Assembly (NCBI GenBank): GCA_016906335.1
Contig: JADEYG010000003.1
Coordinates: 248,001 to 312,000, forward strand
Source of the DNA: Novakomyces olei
Taxonomy: Eukaryota
Direction: 5' to 3'
DNA: 64,000 nucleotides
Shown: positions 1 to 12,722 of the stretch, piece after piece
Position numbering within the stretch: the first letter of the stretch is position 1
How the letters are laid out: the number at the start of each line of letters is the position of its first letter
Position numbers and translations under genes: made by a program
Notes under the pieces: generated by a model
What the model saw: only the letters and a program-made list of their open reading frames with translations
The model's database searches: none
What the model was told of the DNA's origin: nothing

Positions 1-2976
1 GCGGTACGGCCTTCCTCTATCAGCTGGCCTACAGTGGTTGTATCAACCGCCTCTGGCCGCCCTCCACAGGGCACTAAAAGGTCGGCCCTCAGCCGCAGGT
101 GAGCAGTGTTTCTGTACACTGCTCCATTAGGCACTTGCTCTCCACTGGGCAGAGTCGTGTTTTGGTCGTCTACAAGGACACGGTAGCCCTCGGCACTTAA
201 TTTACTGACGTCATAGTCGGCAATCATGCGCCGCTCATGCGCCAGCCGGACCAGCTCGGGTCGGTCCAGGCCGAGCGGGTCGACGAGGACTCCGCTCCCG
301 TCGATTACAGCAATGTACCGCTCACGACTGAGCAGAATTTCATTGGATCCGAGATCTCCATCGGGTCCGCCCGTCTGTATCTTTGTTTGAGCTGTTTCGT
401 CCAAGTGCAGTTTACGATAAATGCCCTCTACGTACCGCCTAACTGACTGTGATGTCATGCCATAAACGTCGTGGGGAATGCCTCCGAGCTCTGGAGATTT
501 GCCAGTGAAAAAGGATTTCCACCAGGGCGCTCCACGTGCACGAGCATGGCCCGTGGCCCAGTCGACAAGAGGGGCAGTGCCCTCATCGGGGCCGCAAAAA
601 ATAATCTCGGCTGGGCCCTTTAACAAGTCTACAATACGCTCCTTTATACCCGGTGTTTTACCCTCCAGGAGCAGATCAATAAGCGAGTCTACGTACTTTT
701 GAAAGGCCAAAGTCGCCTTGTCCTGCTGGTCAGCGTCCAGCAAGATTACGCCTTTAGCCCCGCCTTCAGGTATATCCTTGTTCTTCCTCTGTTGAGTGGC
801 AGCCAAGTTGTAGTTTTCATCAAACAGCGTTCGGGCATTGCTGGCGTAAACGTCCTTGTTCCGACTACGCACTATCCTGATTCCTCCCCGAGCAACGTTT
901 CGGAATCGGAGATGGAAGCCTCGGAACTCGCTTCCGATCATGAGAAACATGCCATACAACGGCTGCGGGTACTCGACCCGGGGTAAAAACGATGGATCCA
1001 GTCGAAAGCTGATGGCCACTTTGGTCGGCTGGTAGAAATTGGTCTTTAGCACTGCCTTGTTGAACGTTACAAAGGCCGACATAACCAGCTGTTCGTGGTC
1101 GTTGGAGGTTCTGCTCTCTACAAGCTTAAGCAGCTCGTCTCCACTTAGGACAGGGTCACGCTGGAGGTACTGGTAGCTCAGCGTCGGGCCCATTGCCTCC
1201 AGACCCGGCCGGCCAGTGAACACATAGTGCACAGACGCAAACTGCAAGTACAACGCATGCACTAAATCGGGGTAGGATTTAATGATTTCATAGATATAGG
1301 CTTCCGTAAACGTTTCTTGCCTCAATCGCCTTTTGATCCGGGACAGGACGTCTGCCTGGTGAGGGTTTTCCAGGTCCAGGATGGATACAAGGGAAATGTA
1401 TTCCGGGCCCAATCTGTTCAAGAAATGACCCACGAAATGGCAAACACAGTGCGCATAGATTGACTCCTGCAGAGATATTTTGACACTGCTAAAGAGCGTA
1501 TGGAACATACCTCTTGGGATGCAATAAAGTAAACTGGCGTCCTTCATTATCTGGTAGATGCTGTGCTCAATGGGAGGGAACTTGCCGTCAGTGTTTGGGA
1601 GAGGCATAAGGTACACGGAGACAACAGTGACACCATTGCTGAATTGCTCCACGTACTTGCGCGTTGATCCAACGCCATAGTGTGCAAAGAGATCAGACAT
1701 GGATGAAAAGAAATTGAACGCCGTTCCCTGCTTAAAACCAATAATCAGCCTTCTTTCCCTTGAGCCCTCCACCTCGTACATTTCGATTACAGGGCCAGCA
1801 CGCGACAGGACACCGGATATTATTGGCCGGTAAAGGTCTTTAGTGTTTTGCGTGGCCTTTTCCAGAAAGGTCTTGTCAGATATAAGGTCGAGATTGCACT
1901 CGTCGGCCTCCGACGGATTTGGGTCCACGAAATCACAGCGCTTGACAAAATACGAGCGTAAACGCTGCTCGTTCGCATAGTTTGTTATCTTTGAAAGGAA
2001 GCATTCGACACGGTACGCATGAGCAGGGTTGCTTATATTAAGGTAATTCGCATCGAGCCTATATTCGTAAGCCGGCGTGCTGGGGCCGCCTGTGGCCGCC
2101 GAGTCGATTGAAATGTAGACCGCGTGATCGTGGGATTCTCGGTCAAGTTTTATGTCTGGTTTGTCTGCGTGCCTGGAGAAAGCTGCGACTTTTGCACCAT
2201 ACAATGAAAGAATATGGTCCGCAATTGTGCCCACTGGCTCATTACGAAAGTAGGTGTCTGTGCATGAGCATGTGAACTAATTATTGACGGAAAGCACCCT
2301 CAGAATATAATTATAAACAAAACAAAATGAACAAAATATAGATATGAACAAGATATGGGTTTACATAAAAGGTAAATAAAGGAGAGCATTGATTGTCTTG
2401 ATAACAAGAATTGCAATTGCAATTGCGTCTGTGGCGTGCTTTCAAGCCACGTGTAAAATCATGCATGATGATAAAAGTGCCCAGAATATGGATGTGGAAA
2501 AGATGAATAAATGTATTGGACCAAGAATTGTATGTAAACCTCCAAGGCAGCTGTGTTGAAAGCATTAAACATAACAAACAGACACAAAGAGTATACCATG
2601 AATCCCGAGAAAATCGTAAAAGTACGAAACTTCTTCGTCAATAAGCTCTTGCGGAATAAATCCTTGGTGAAGTAACTCTTCTTTGACCTTTTCACGTTGC
2701 TCCTGAACAAGGATTAGACAGCAATTGCGCTCTAAACTTTACCGCTTTTGCATCAAAAACATCTTCCGTGTATGCCACAAAGTCTTTTGGCAGACGGTGG
2801 TCCGACATGAGCGATTGTACGCTGCTAGTTGTCACCGTGTTGCTGTTGCTCGGCGGCGTCGCTGGCGTTTGAGCAGCTCCCTCCCGTACAGGTGAAGGAG
2901 CTCGTGGTGTAGCCGACGAGATACTGCCACTTCGTAACCGTCGCTGGGCCGGATTATGCCGAGGAGCCGTTGCCAT
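1..2976 (-). CDS. GDH2: NAD-specific glutamate dehydrogenase, 3'-truncated by the window edge
   Basis: ATG at 2976; introns 2742-2703 (40 nt) and 2596-2258. The spliced product reads ...FDAKAEQREKVKEELLHQGFIPQELIDEEVSYFYDFLGIHDTYFRNEPVGTIADHILSLYGAKVAAF..., typical of the large fungal NAD-GDH. The frame appears to run off position 1. Confidence 0.9.
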
Positions 2977-3856
2977 TGTGATGGAAATTGGGGTAAAAGA
3001 TGTGGTTTCTGCCAAAGACTTTAAAAAGTCCTATGATGCCGTCTTCCCAGGCTTACCAAAAGTAGTCTTTCGATCAGATCGTCGTATACAGGGTTTTCTA
3101 TTCTCAGATTTAATTTGAAGATCCTGGGGCCGCCGATAACGCCACAAGCGGATCTTGCTAGTTGCCTTGGGACCAAATGCTTACTTTTGGTGTCGGCGAT
3201 AAGCATTTTGTACGCTTAGATTGTAGAATTGAACCGGCCTCTATTCGCTCTTGTATATTTTAAATTAGTTGCAATGGCAAATTTGGTGGTTTTACAGGGC
3301 ATTACAGTATGAAACCTAATATTTTTTATTTTTGTGTCAACAATAGGTGAAATGCTGTGTATTGCTGAAAGCAATTCAAGAAATGGTCAGAATCTTTCCT
3401 TTCTGCTGTGAAGTAAGCGGCAATTTGGTTATCTAAAGTAAATAGACTTCCTTCGCTGCTAGGGGTTGGGAGGGTAGGCGTAATGTCTTCCTATTATCCT
3501 ATGTTGCTGATTTACAATAAAATCAATAATATCTCAATAGTAATTGGACCTTGATGTAGACTATGATGCATTTCTAAATTGTTATTAGGTTAAATACATA
3601 AATAGAAAGTCTTTTGCTTAAATGATTGGTTACAGGATTCTGCGTTTAAACGCCGTGGCAAGTTCACTGTAGATCAAAAATCGACAAATGCTCCGCAATA
3701 TCTGGAACACTCAGATGGCGGCTAAATTTCCCGGCATCTCTGCTGCTACAAGTAACAGCTATCCTGCCACGAGATGAAAAAAGAATAAATATAATAGTAA
3801 CAAAGCTACAGGGTTAGGGTTAATAATACAGCAGGCATGTGTTTTCACGTAAACAA

Positions 3857-3995
3857 ATCGCGAAAATAAAAAACCCTGCCTTTACCCGCGTTTCGCGTCG
3901 ACTAAATAAGGTGCGAAGTACAAAATACGCATTCACACAAATGACATACTTTACTACGGTTTACAAATAGAAGGCGCGCGTATGCAACGCGTCGC
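3857..3995 (+). promoter_or_regulatory. MCB/SCB-like G1/S elements upstream of RAD21/MCD1
   Basis: ACGCGT at 3987-3992, TCGCGAAAA near 3858, and further CGCG cores at about 3887-3898 and 3975-3980, all within 160 bp of the ATG. Confidence 0.6.
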
Positions 3996-4016
3996 AAAAC
4001 TAACCACAACTTCAAA

Positions 4017-5947
4017 ATGTTCTACTCGGAAGAGATTCTCACCAAGAGGGTAGGAGCAAATTCAAGTACTATGCTAATAGCTAAAGGGACCATTAGCCAA
4101 GGTATGGCTGGCGGCGCATTGGGAGAAAAAGCTGTCAAAAGCACAGTTATTGCAGACTGATATTACACAATCCGTAGATGCGATCGTTGAACAGGGCCAA
4201 GGGCCTTTGGCCTTACGGCTCACGGGGCAATTGCTGCTGGGTGTTGTTCGTATTTACTCACGGAAAACAAGATACCTGCTGGATGATTGCTCGGAAGCAT
4301 TAATCAAAATCAAATTGGTAAGAGGAAGAGCAAAAGGCAAAGAGCAAAGAGCAGCAAAACAAATAAAGGGTCATAATACAACCAGTCTGCTCAACAAACT
4401 CAGGGGAAACATGTCTGAATATTTTGAAAAAAAGATCTCTATTAAAATAATACTTTTCACATAAGAGCCATTGACTAATTGACAATCAGACTTTCCGACC
4501 CGCTCCGCATGTCGATATGGCAGCACCTACATTACGGCAGGCTCGGCAATCGCACGCACACCTTACTTTACCCGACGCAATCTCTGACTTTGATATGATA
4601 AACTTTGATCTTTTGACTGTGCCAGAGGGCGACATATCTCATCGTGAAGACGATAATTTTGGTGTTGATAGTGGAGCAGATTTTGACTCGGATGATTTGT
4701 CTATAGAAATTGGCCGTCGACGCGGGACGTTACAATTAGAGCGAGAAGGAGAGTCTAATATAGTTACACAGCACATTGATGAGGATGATTCATTTGATCT
4801 AGGAATCGATCTTGGGGAAGAAGTACAGCAGGACACGGAAAATGCTCTGATTCCATTTGAGGAAGAAGAGTCAATAGAAATAGGGCGCCGTGCAGCACCA
4901 GGACGCCAACTGGAGGACGAATTTGGGAGTCCTCGAGGCACCGGAGGAGACAGACAAGAAGCAGGAGGCGAACCCAAAGAAATTGAAACTGCGCGACAAA
5001 CGGAGCCTCGTTTGGATGGACTATATGATGAACCAATGAACGAAATATCGCTAAACTTTGATGATGCTGGAGCAGTACCTGGCGATGAAATGCGGTTGGA
5101 TGACTTTGAAGTGCCACCATTGCCGCAGTCCGACAGAGAGGCGAGTATAAACCTCGGAATTGACTTGACCGCTTTCCCTGAGACGGAGTCGGCAGTGCCG
5201 ACTAAGCGAAGAAGACGTACTCCGAAGCGGTTGCAGAAAGGTGTTTACGATGAGGTGACAGAAATTTCAGGTCGACAAATAAAGGAACAACTTGCTAACC
5301 ATACTGCTATTACTAAAGTACACAAGCCCCTTTCACAAAATTTACGCGTACTCCAACTTCAACTTGACCAGAGTTTGATTGGCAAAGCCATGACTGACGA
5401 TTTATTGAATCCTGAGCTTGCAGAGCTGTTGAGTGTTGAAGGATTACGGTCATTTGCTCAGCGTACTGCGAATAAGCGAGCCATTATTGAAGACACGGAT
5501 GGGGAGGCTAAACGGAAACGATCTATTTCGCCCGCTGTTGAAAATGAGGCGTATAATGAACCCAGCTTTGCAGCAGTAGAGACTTCTTTTCAGCAGCTGG
5601 AGACAGAGGCCTTGGAGCCGTTGGCACCGTTGGAGCCATCGGATCAACTGGAGGAAGAGCAACCAAATATTGAAGCAAACAATACAGTCGGACAGCAAGC
5701 GAGTCTAGAGATAGATGACGGAGAACAGGTTTCATTGCGTAATATTTTGAGGTCAGGAAAATCGGCCCCGAGCTCTGTTAATTTTACTGAAATTTCTCGG
5801 GACCAAAACAGAGCCAGAAAAGCTGCATTGTTCTACGAAACTCTGTTACTGGCCACGAAGGATCTAGTTTCAGTGCACCAGGGTGTTGCGTATGGAGAGA
5901 TTGGTATCTCAGCCAAACCCTCACTGCTCGCTGTTCAAACTAATTAG
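4017..5947 (+). CDS. MCD1: Cohesin kleisin subunit Rad21/Scc1
   Basis: MFYSEEILTKR|GPLAKVWLAAHWEKKLSK...LRLTGQLLLGVVRIYSRK; introns 4050-4086 and 4318-4489; C-terminal AALFYETLLLAT...QGVAYGEI winged-helix region. Confidence 0.93.
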
Positions 5948-6143
5948 AGCAAATTTTTGTACAATACCCAGTTTCGAATCTTTTTTGTTTCTATTTAATA
6001 ATGTACCATTTAGTTTCAAAATTTAGTCTTTTAATATTAGTCTTTTAATGTTTGTCTACAATCTGCTCATGTTTATCCTTGACGTATGATAATAATGCTG
6101 TTTGCCATTCTTCAATATGTACATTGGACTGTATATATACAAA

Positions 6144-7073
6144 CTATAGTCCTTCGGATATAGTTTTAAGCAAAGAGCCTAATTGACGCAGGTTGTTTAA
6201 GGTTTTTGCGTCTGTGACAATGTGACTTTCAATCGAATTGAGGTGTCGGCTGAGCTGCGACAGCGATTGAGCCAACTGCGAATTGTCCTGCACCATTGCC
6301 ACATGTGCATTCTGTACATGTTCTACCGGCGCGTTAGAATCAGCGTCGTGCTGTCCACTTTCATTGTAGGCAGAAAGCAGTTGCGTGTATTCTTTCATTT
6401 GCTCCTCATAGAGCCGCTCTTCTTGCTCAAGTTCTTTTCGCTCACTTTCTACATGAGACTGGAGCTCTGCGAGAGACGCTAATTGCGGGCCCATAGTTCG
6501 TTCCAAGTGCGCCTAAGAGTAAGATTTGCTATCCATTAAAATATAATGAAATAGATAAACGGCCAAGCGAGTAATACAGTTAAAAACAAAAACAAAACAA
6601 AAACAAAACAAAAACAAAACAAAAACAAAAACAAATAAAACAACAATTAGACGAGGTGCCAAACTCACGTTTACTGCCGCAAGTTGTAGATAACCAGTAT
6701 TTTGCGGTATACCGCTCTTTAGTTTAAAAGGCGGTACTGGAAGCCTTTCAAGCCCCCTGAGAATTCTGCGGGTTAGAATACGATTTTTCGAAATAAAACT
6801 TGGAAATGAAACTTGGGTCTGTACTTTTGTGTGGCGATATCAAGCGCAGTCTGGGCCTCGACGCGTAGCTTCTCCGTTTGCAACTGGGAGAGAATAAGAC
6901 TAGAATGTTAACTGACCTGCACTATTTACGGTCTCGTACCTGTACGCTTCACGCAAGAGTTGAGCCACGTCGCTGCGAGTGCCTTGTGCGGCAGGCGACC
7001 ACGTCCGCCGCACATAAGCCTCTGATAAATGCTTGCGCCGTAAGCGCAGACGGTACGACTGCGGCCGAGGCAT
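6144..7073 (-). CDS. CENP-Q (Okp1/Fta7)-like kinetochore protein
   Basis: Three-intron model: MPRPQSYRLRLRRKHLSEAYVRRTWSP...LRVEAQTALDIATQKILRGLERLPVPP...AHLERTMGPQLASLAELQSHVESERKELEQEE, followed by a coiled coil. Resembles fungal CENP-Q by eye. Confidence 0.6.
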
Positions 7074-7408
7074 TGTAAACAGACGTGTATTACGTCCAAT
7101 TGTTCTATAAAATAACAGAAAATACAAATAATACAGACAATACATACGTCACAGAATAACACTAGTATACTAATCACGACTACTACACTTATAAACACGA
7201 CTAATTCTGCTATACCAAACTCGCCAAGCAATCTTACATGCAACCTTACATGCAACGACAGTCGGGAGCCATACTGGAATAGATATTAATATAAACTAGT
7301 CGAATATTTATTAATTATTTAAATAAAAGACTGACAATTCATATTATAATTACAGAATAACGTAGATAAAGCAAGCACACAACGAACGACGACACGTAAT
7401 CACGCAAA

Positions 7409-8722
7409 ATGCCGCCCAAGGCAGATTGGGAAAAGTACCCGAAGCCAGCGGACGACGATGAGAAGCCGGCAAAAGACGTCAAGCCTCTTGACGAGGGAGA
7501 TATCGCGCTGCTAAAGACGTACGGTGCCGGTCCCTACGGGCGACAGATCCGTACGATTGACGAGAGCATAAAAACGGCATTAAAGCGAGTAAATGAAAAG
7601 ATCGGGGTCAAGGAGACGGATACGGGACTGGCGCCACCGCACCTGTGGGATATTGCGGCGGACAGGCAGAGAATGTCGGAAGAACAGCCGCTGCAGGTTG
7701 CCAGATGCACAAAGATTATAGAAAACACACAGGACCCGGAGAAGTCCTCGTACGTCATTAACGTAAAGCAGATTGCGAAATTCGTAGTCGCCCTGGGTGA
7801 GCGAGTATCCCCGACCGATATCGAGGAGGGAATGCGGGTGGGTACTGATCGCAACAAGTACTCTATCCAGCTCCCTCTGCCGCCCAAGATTGATCCGTCT
7901 GTGACAATGATGCAGGTGGAGGATAAGCCTGATGTGACGTACCAGGACATTGGAGGCTGCAAGGAGCAGATTGAAAGGCTGCGCGAAGTAGTGGAGACTC
8001 CGCTGCTGAGCCCGGAAAGGTTTGTGAATCTGGGGATTGATCCGCCAAAGGGAATCATGCTCTACGGGCCTCCGGGGACAGGGAAAACCCTGTGCGCAAG
8101 GGCGGTAGCTAATCGTACGGACGCTACTTTTATCCGTGTCATTGGATCTGAGCTCGTGCAAAAATACGTGGGAGAAGGAGCGCGTATGGTCCGTGAGCTT
8201 TTTGAAATGGCGCGTACCAAAAAGGCGTGTATCATCTTTTTCGATGAAGTTGACGCGATTGGCGGAGCGCGTTTTGACGATGGAGCTGGTGGGGACAATG
8301 AAGTGCAGCGCACTATGCTGGAGCTCATTACACAGCTCGATGGCTTTGATGCTCGAGGGAATATCAAGGTCATGTTTGCTACAAACAGGCCCAACACGCT
8401 TGACCCGGCTCTGCTACGGCCGGGCCGTATCGATCGCAAAGTAGAATTTGGTCTGCCTGATGTTGAAGGCCGTGCAAACATTCTGCGCATCCATGCCAAG
8501 AGCATGTCAGTTGAACGAGATATTCGCTGGGAGCTAATTGCCCGGCTCTGCCCTAACTGTACAGGCGCAGAACTGCGGTCTGTTTGCACAGAGGCCGGTA
8601 TGTTTGCTATTCGCGCACGGCGCCGGGTGGCAACGGAGAAGGACTTTTTAGAAAGCGTCAACAAGGTGATCAAGGGTAACCAAAAGTTCAGTTCCAATAC
8701 GGATTACATGGCGTTTCAATAA
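7409..8722 (+). CDS. RPT1: 26S proteasome regulatory ATPase subunit 7
   Basis: Intronless 437 aa; [10 protein letters not shown] start, GPPGTGKT Walker [30 protein letters not shown]. Confidence 0.97.
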   Translation: MPPKADWEKYPKPADDDEKPAKDVKPLDEGDIALLKTYGAGPYGRQIRTIDESIKTALKRVNEKIGVKETDTGLAPPHLWDIAADRQRMSEEQPLQVARCTKIIENTQDPEKSSYVINVKQIAKFVVALGERVSPTDIEEGMRVGTDRNKYSIQLPLPPKIDPSVTMMQVEDKPDVTYQDIGGCKEQIERLREVVETPLLSPERFVNLGIDPPKGIMLYGPPGTGKTLCARAVANRTDATFIRVIGSELVQKYVGEGARMVRELFEMARTKKACIIFFDEVDAIGGARFDDGAGGDNEVQRTMLELITQLDGFDARGNIKVMFATNRPNTLDPALLRPGRIDRKVEFGLPDVEGRANILRIHAKSMSVERDIRWELIARLCPNCTGAELRSVCTEAGMFAIRARRRVATEKDFLESVNKVIKGNQKFSSNTDYMAFQ

Positions 8723-9159
8723 ATGTGAAGCGAATGCTTGCGAATGCTTGTATGTGGCCGGGGATACGCATGGCTTTGCGGAGGATGACTGTTACATTGG
8801 TCAGGCTGGTTGTAATGCTTGCCACCTGCCGTTTCAAGATGCTGGCAAGAAAGAGGCGGAAAAGGCTTCGGCAGACGAGCCTTCCAGTTGGCTACTGAAA
8901 AAGCATACTTTAATAGTTGGAAGAACCCAGGCTCTCCAGGCCCAATTAGTTTACATGAAATTTATTCGCAGCATACAATGGCTGTTGTTTCCGGTACTGT
9001 GTATTTTATAATGCGCTTCAAATTCAAAATTGGTATAATCGTTTTCCTCAGCAAGAACCGATGGTTAGCTGGTGAGTTAAAGGTAGAGAAATCGGCACGT
9101 AAAAAGGTTAGCAGCGGGTACAGCTAAAGCAACCATTTGTTCCTATCCGTTTGTCTCCT

Positions 9160-10049
9160 TTACGCCCATTGATTCTGTTGATTAGCTGTTATCCACAAAA
9201 TCCATCCATCCGTTCATCCATCGTTCAATTTATTTTTCACCATCTAGTTATATAGTATTTCTATAATACTTCCATATTTAATCTAATTCTCCCAGTTTTA
9301 ATCTAATTCTTCAAGACTCAGCCATCGCATACCTTATCCCATTGAGGGTCCTGAATAAAAGCGCAGAGCACTTTGCTCCCCGTCTGGAGTAGGGGGTGAC
9401 CGGCCACACTGCGTAATGTTAGACAGCTGAGAATGGTGAGGCGTACATTTGCAAAAAGTTTTCCAAGCCCTGGCGTCGTTTCTCAATGACTTCGTCAGTA
9501 AACCGGTTTGTGAACACTTTGCCTGGCAGTGGAGGCAGAGTGACACGTGACGTTTCCCGCTCCAAAATATCGCGAAAGTATTCAAAGTCAGAGTACCGGC
9601 GGCGTACCGTCGAATGCTTTAACTTGAAGGCAGGGATGTTTGTCTGCTCGATTAGAAGGAAAACAAAGGGAAACAAGAGGATAATATATCTAAACTAAAC
9701 AAAAGAAAAACTAAATCTAATTAAACTAAAAATAAAACAAAAAAGAACAAGCAAAAAAAAAAAAAAAGAAAAAGAAAAGCAATCGACAACAGCACTCGAT
9801 AATTGCATATGCATTCATTCGGCAGCACTCACCCGGCAAACGATTTCATAGTCGGTGTACATTTTACGGCCCATACCGTGGGTCTGTGGCGAACGCACCT
9901 AATCTCGATTAGCCAAGTGCGACACAGGCTGAGACAAAGTATACTTCAATTTCCAAGAAATTTTCGGGTACGCCATAGAGCTCCTCTGCCGTTTGCTGCC
10001 GCATATGAGGACGGTGCGACTCGCCAAACGCGCGCGACGTGCTCTGCAT
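9160..10049 (-). CDS. SNX3: Sorting nexin 3 (PX domain)
   Basis: Four-intron model: [19 protein letters not shown]...[39 protein letters not shown]...PPLPGK...[12 protein letters not shown]...WDK|NQWA*. Confidence 0.92.
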
Positions 10050-10265
10050 ACCGTCGCCGTCAGTGATGGAGGATTCTTATGGTAAAAGTGTAAATTATAT
10101 ATAGTGTGGGTGGCCTTTCCACAATACGTACTGCAATCTCATATATAAGCAATGAAAAAGTACCAGTAATACAGGACGCAGGAGCATTACAAGATGAAGC
10201 TATTACAATATGATTAATTGGCCATATAATAATAGACACTATATAAAGTAAAAAGGTCCTTAATA

Positions 10266-10385
10266 ATAATAGACTATATAATAATAGACTATATAATAAT
10301 AGACTATATAATAATAGACTATATAATAATAGACTATATAATAATAGACTATATAATAATAGACTATATAATAATAGACTATATA
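10266..10385. repeat. 15-bp tandem repeat (ATAATAGACTATATA)x8 in the SNX3/SRM1 divergent promoter
   Basis: Eight perfect copies visible directly. Confidence 0.95.
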
Positions 10386-10481
10386 ACTGGAAGCGTAAGC
10401 CAAAAACAAACGATAATTTTACAGGCAACATAAATTTGTCACTTTGACTTTTATTGATTGACCTTTGACGCGGCATTTAAA

Positions 10482-12071
10482 ATGGCGCCCGGCCATAAGC
10501 GCAAAGCGTCCGAGGCACTGGGCGCTGCGTCCACGCGGCACTCGAAACGTGCGTCTGTCTCGTCTGCGCTGGCATCGAGCCGCTTCACTTCGCCCAAAAC
10601 AGCGGGCTCTCGAGTGGGCAAGACGATGACAACGCCGACGAAAACGAGTGCGAGCAAGGCCGCGCCTGCGCATAAAAGACTGACCCCCACTAAAATGACC
10701 CCCACTAAAATGACCCCCACTAAAATGACCCCCACTAAAGCAAAGCTGCAGGCCTCCAGCTTCAATGACCCACCGCACAGGGCGCATACGGCAATGGACA
10801 TGTTTGCGTGGGGAACAGGATCCATGTGCGAGCTCGGTCTCGGCCCGGAGGCCAATGCCAAAGTCGTTAAACGGCCGCGGCTGAACCGGTTCCTGACACG
10901 TGACTCTGCCCACATTGTAGACTTTGCGGTGGGTGGGATGCACGCGTGCGCGCTGACTGCGGATGGACGCGTTCTTACGTGGGGTGTAAACGACCAGGGC
11001 GCGTTAGGACGCGATACTGCGTGGGCTGGTGGTGACGTAGATGTGGATGCGGACGCGGACGTGGACGAAGAAGAGCAGGGCCTTAACCCGCACGAGTCGA
11101 CGCCCGGACAAGTAGAGGGTCTGCCCGCCCACGATCCGGTGGCGCGTGTGGCGTGTGCCGACAGTCTCACTGTCGCGCTCACTGAGCGCCAGACTGTTTA
11201 CGCGTGGGGCACATTCCGGTGTGCGGACGGAATTCTGGGGTTCGATGCGACCCGCAAAACCGAGCCTAGACCTGTCCGCGTTGCCGGGGTAACGGACGTT
11301 GTTGCCCTGGCTACGGGGACGGATCACGTGCTGGCTCTGACAGGTTCAGGTAGGGTTTTCGCGTGGGGCAACGGGCAGCAGCACCAACTGGGCCGGCGTG
11401 TCGTTGAGCGGACACGGCTGTTGGGTCTTACGCCGAGAGAATTCGGGCTGAAACGGATTCGGCTAATCGGAGCAGGCAGTTACCACTCGTTTGCCGTGGA
11501 CGATAAGCGCCAAGTCTGGGCGTGGGGACTGAACCAGTTTGGCCAGTGTGGAATCGCTGCCCTGGGCGGCGAAGACGGGGCTGTCGTGCCCAATGCCACC
11601 CTTGTACCCGCTCTCTGTGGGCTTGATATAGTCCAGATTACGGGCGGAGAGCATCACTCATGCGCCCTTCTCGCTACTGGAGAACTCTACGTTTGGGGCC
11701 GATTGGACCTGTGTGAATTGGGCATCGCTGATCTCTCAAAAGTGCAATGCGTGGCTGACGCTTCCGGGCGGCCCCGGTTCGTTCCGGAGCCTACGCGGTT
11801 GGATTCTGTGCCGCCGCTTGCCTATATCGCCTGTGGATCGCACCATAACATTGGCGTTTCCCGCGTCGATGGGTCAATGTGGTCTTGGGGGTTTGGTGAG
11901 TCTTACCAAACTGGCCAGGGACCTCCGGGCGAGGACGTGGAAGTGCCTACTCGGATAGACAACACGGCTACTCGTAACGTCAAAATGCTCAAGGTGGGCG
12001 CTGGAGGGCAGTTTAGTATTTCTGGTGGAGTGCCTGCGCCAGAGAATGGTATGGCTAATGGCACGGGTTAG
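10482..12071 (+). CDS. SRM1: RCC1-family Ran guanine nucleotide exchange factor
   Basis: Intronless; FAWGTGSMCELGLG, TWGVNDQGALGR, WGNGQQHQLGRRVVER, RIDNTATR and GAGGQFS motifs of Prp20/Pim1. Confidence 0.92.
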   Translation: MAPGHKRKASEALGAASTRHSKRASVSSALASSRFTSPKTAGSRVGKTMTTPTKTSASKAAPAHKRLTPTKMTPTKMTPTKMTPTKAKLQASSFNDPPHRAHTAMDMFAWGTGSMCELGLGPEANAKVVKRPRLNRFLTRDSAHIVDFAVGGMHACALTADGRVLTWGVNDQGALGRDTAWAGGDVDVDADADVDEEEQGLNPHESTPGQVEGLPAHDPVARVACADSLTVALTERQTVYAWGTFRCADGILGFDATRKTEPRPVRVAGVTDVVALATGTDHVLALTGSGRVFAWGNGQQHQLGRRVVERTRLLGLTPREFGLKRIRLIGAGSYHSFAVDDKRQVWAWGLNQFGQCGIAALGGEDGAVVPNATLVPALCGLDIVQITGGEHHSCALLATGELYVWGRLDLCELGIADLSKVQCVADASGRPRFVPEPTRLDSVPPLAYIACGSHHNIGVSRVDGSMWSWGFGESYQTGQGPPGEDVEVPTRIDNTATRNVKMLKVGAGGQFSISGGVPAPENGMANGTG

Positions 12072-12305
12072 AAATATATATATATATATATATATATATT
12101 CATTAAAATGCGTTTAGTGTACACTCGTACAATACGAGTAAAAGTAATTGTCGACAATTTTTATACGTTCAATACATTCGTGATTTAGTACAAACGTGAC
12201 AGTAAACGCTGTGTCGGTATCGACCGCGGCCTTTGATTTACAACAATTCTTGTATGACTATTAGAGTTTATGAAATATTAGACGGTCTACTACTATAATA
12301 TCTAC

Positions 12306-12701
<396 letters not shown>

Positions 12702-12722
12702 GTCGCAATCAACGATTCCAGA

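Noticed and set aside
237-986. Short + strand ORFs at the window start
   Set aside because: They are antisense to GDH2, which the ORF track misses because its stop lies outside the window.
8748-9127. ORFs downstream of RPT1 containing CxxCH
   Set aside because: TTG starts, placed in convergent 3' UTR space, with no other cytochrome c features.
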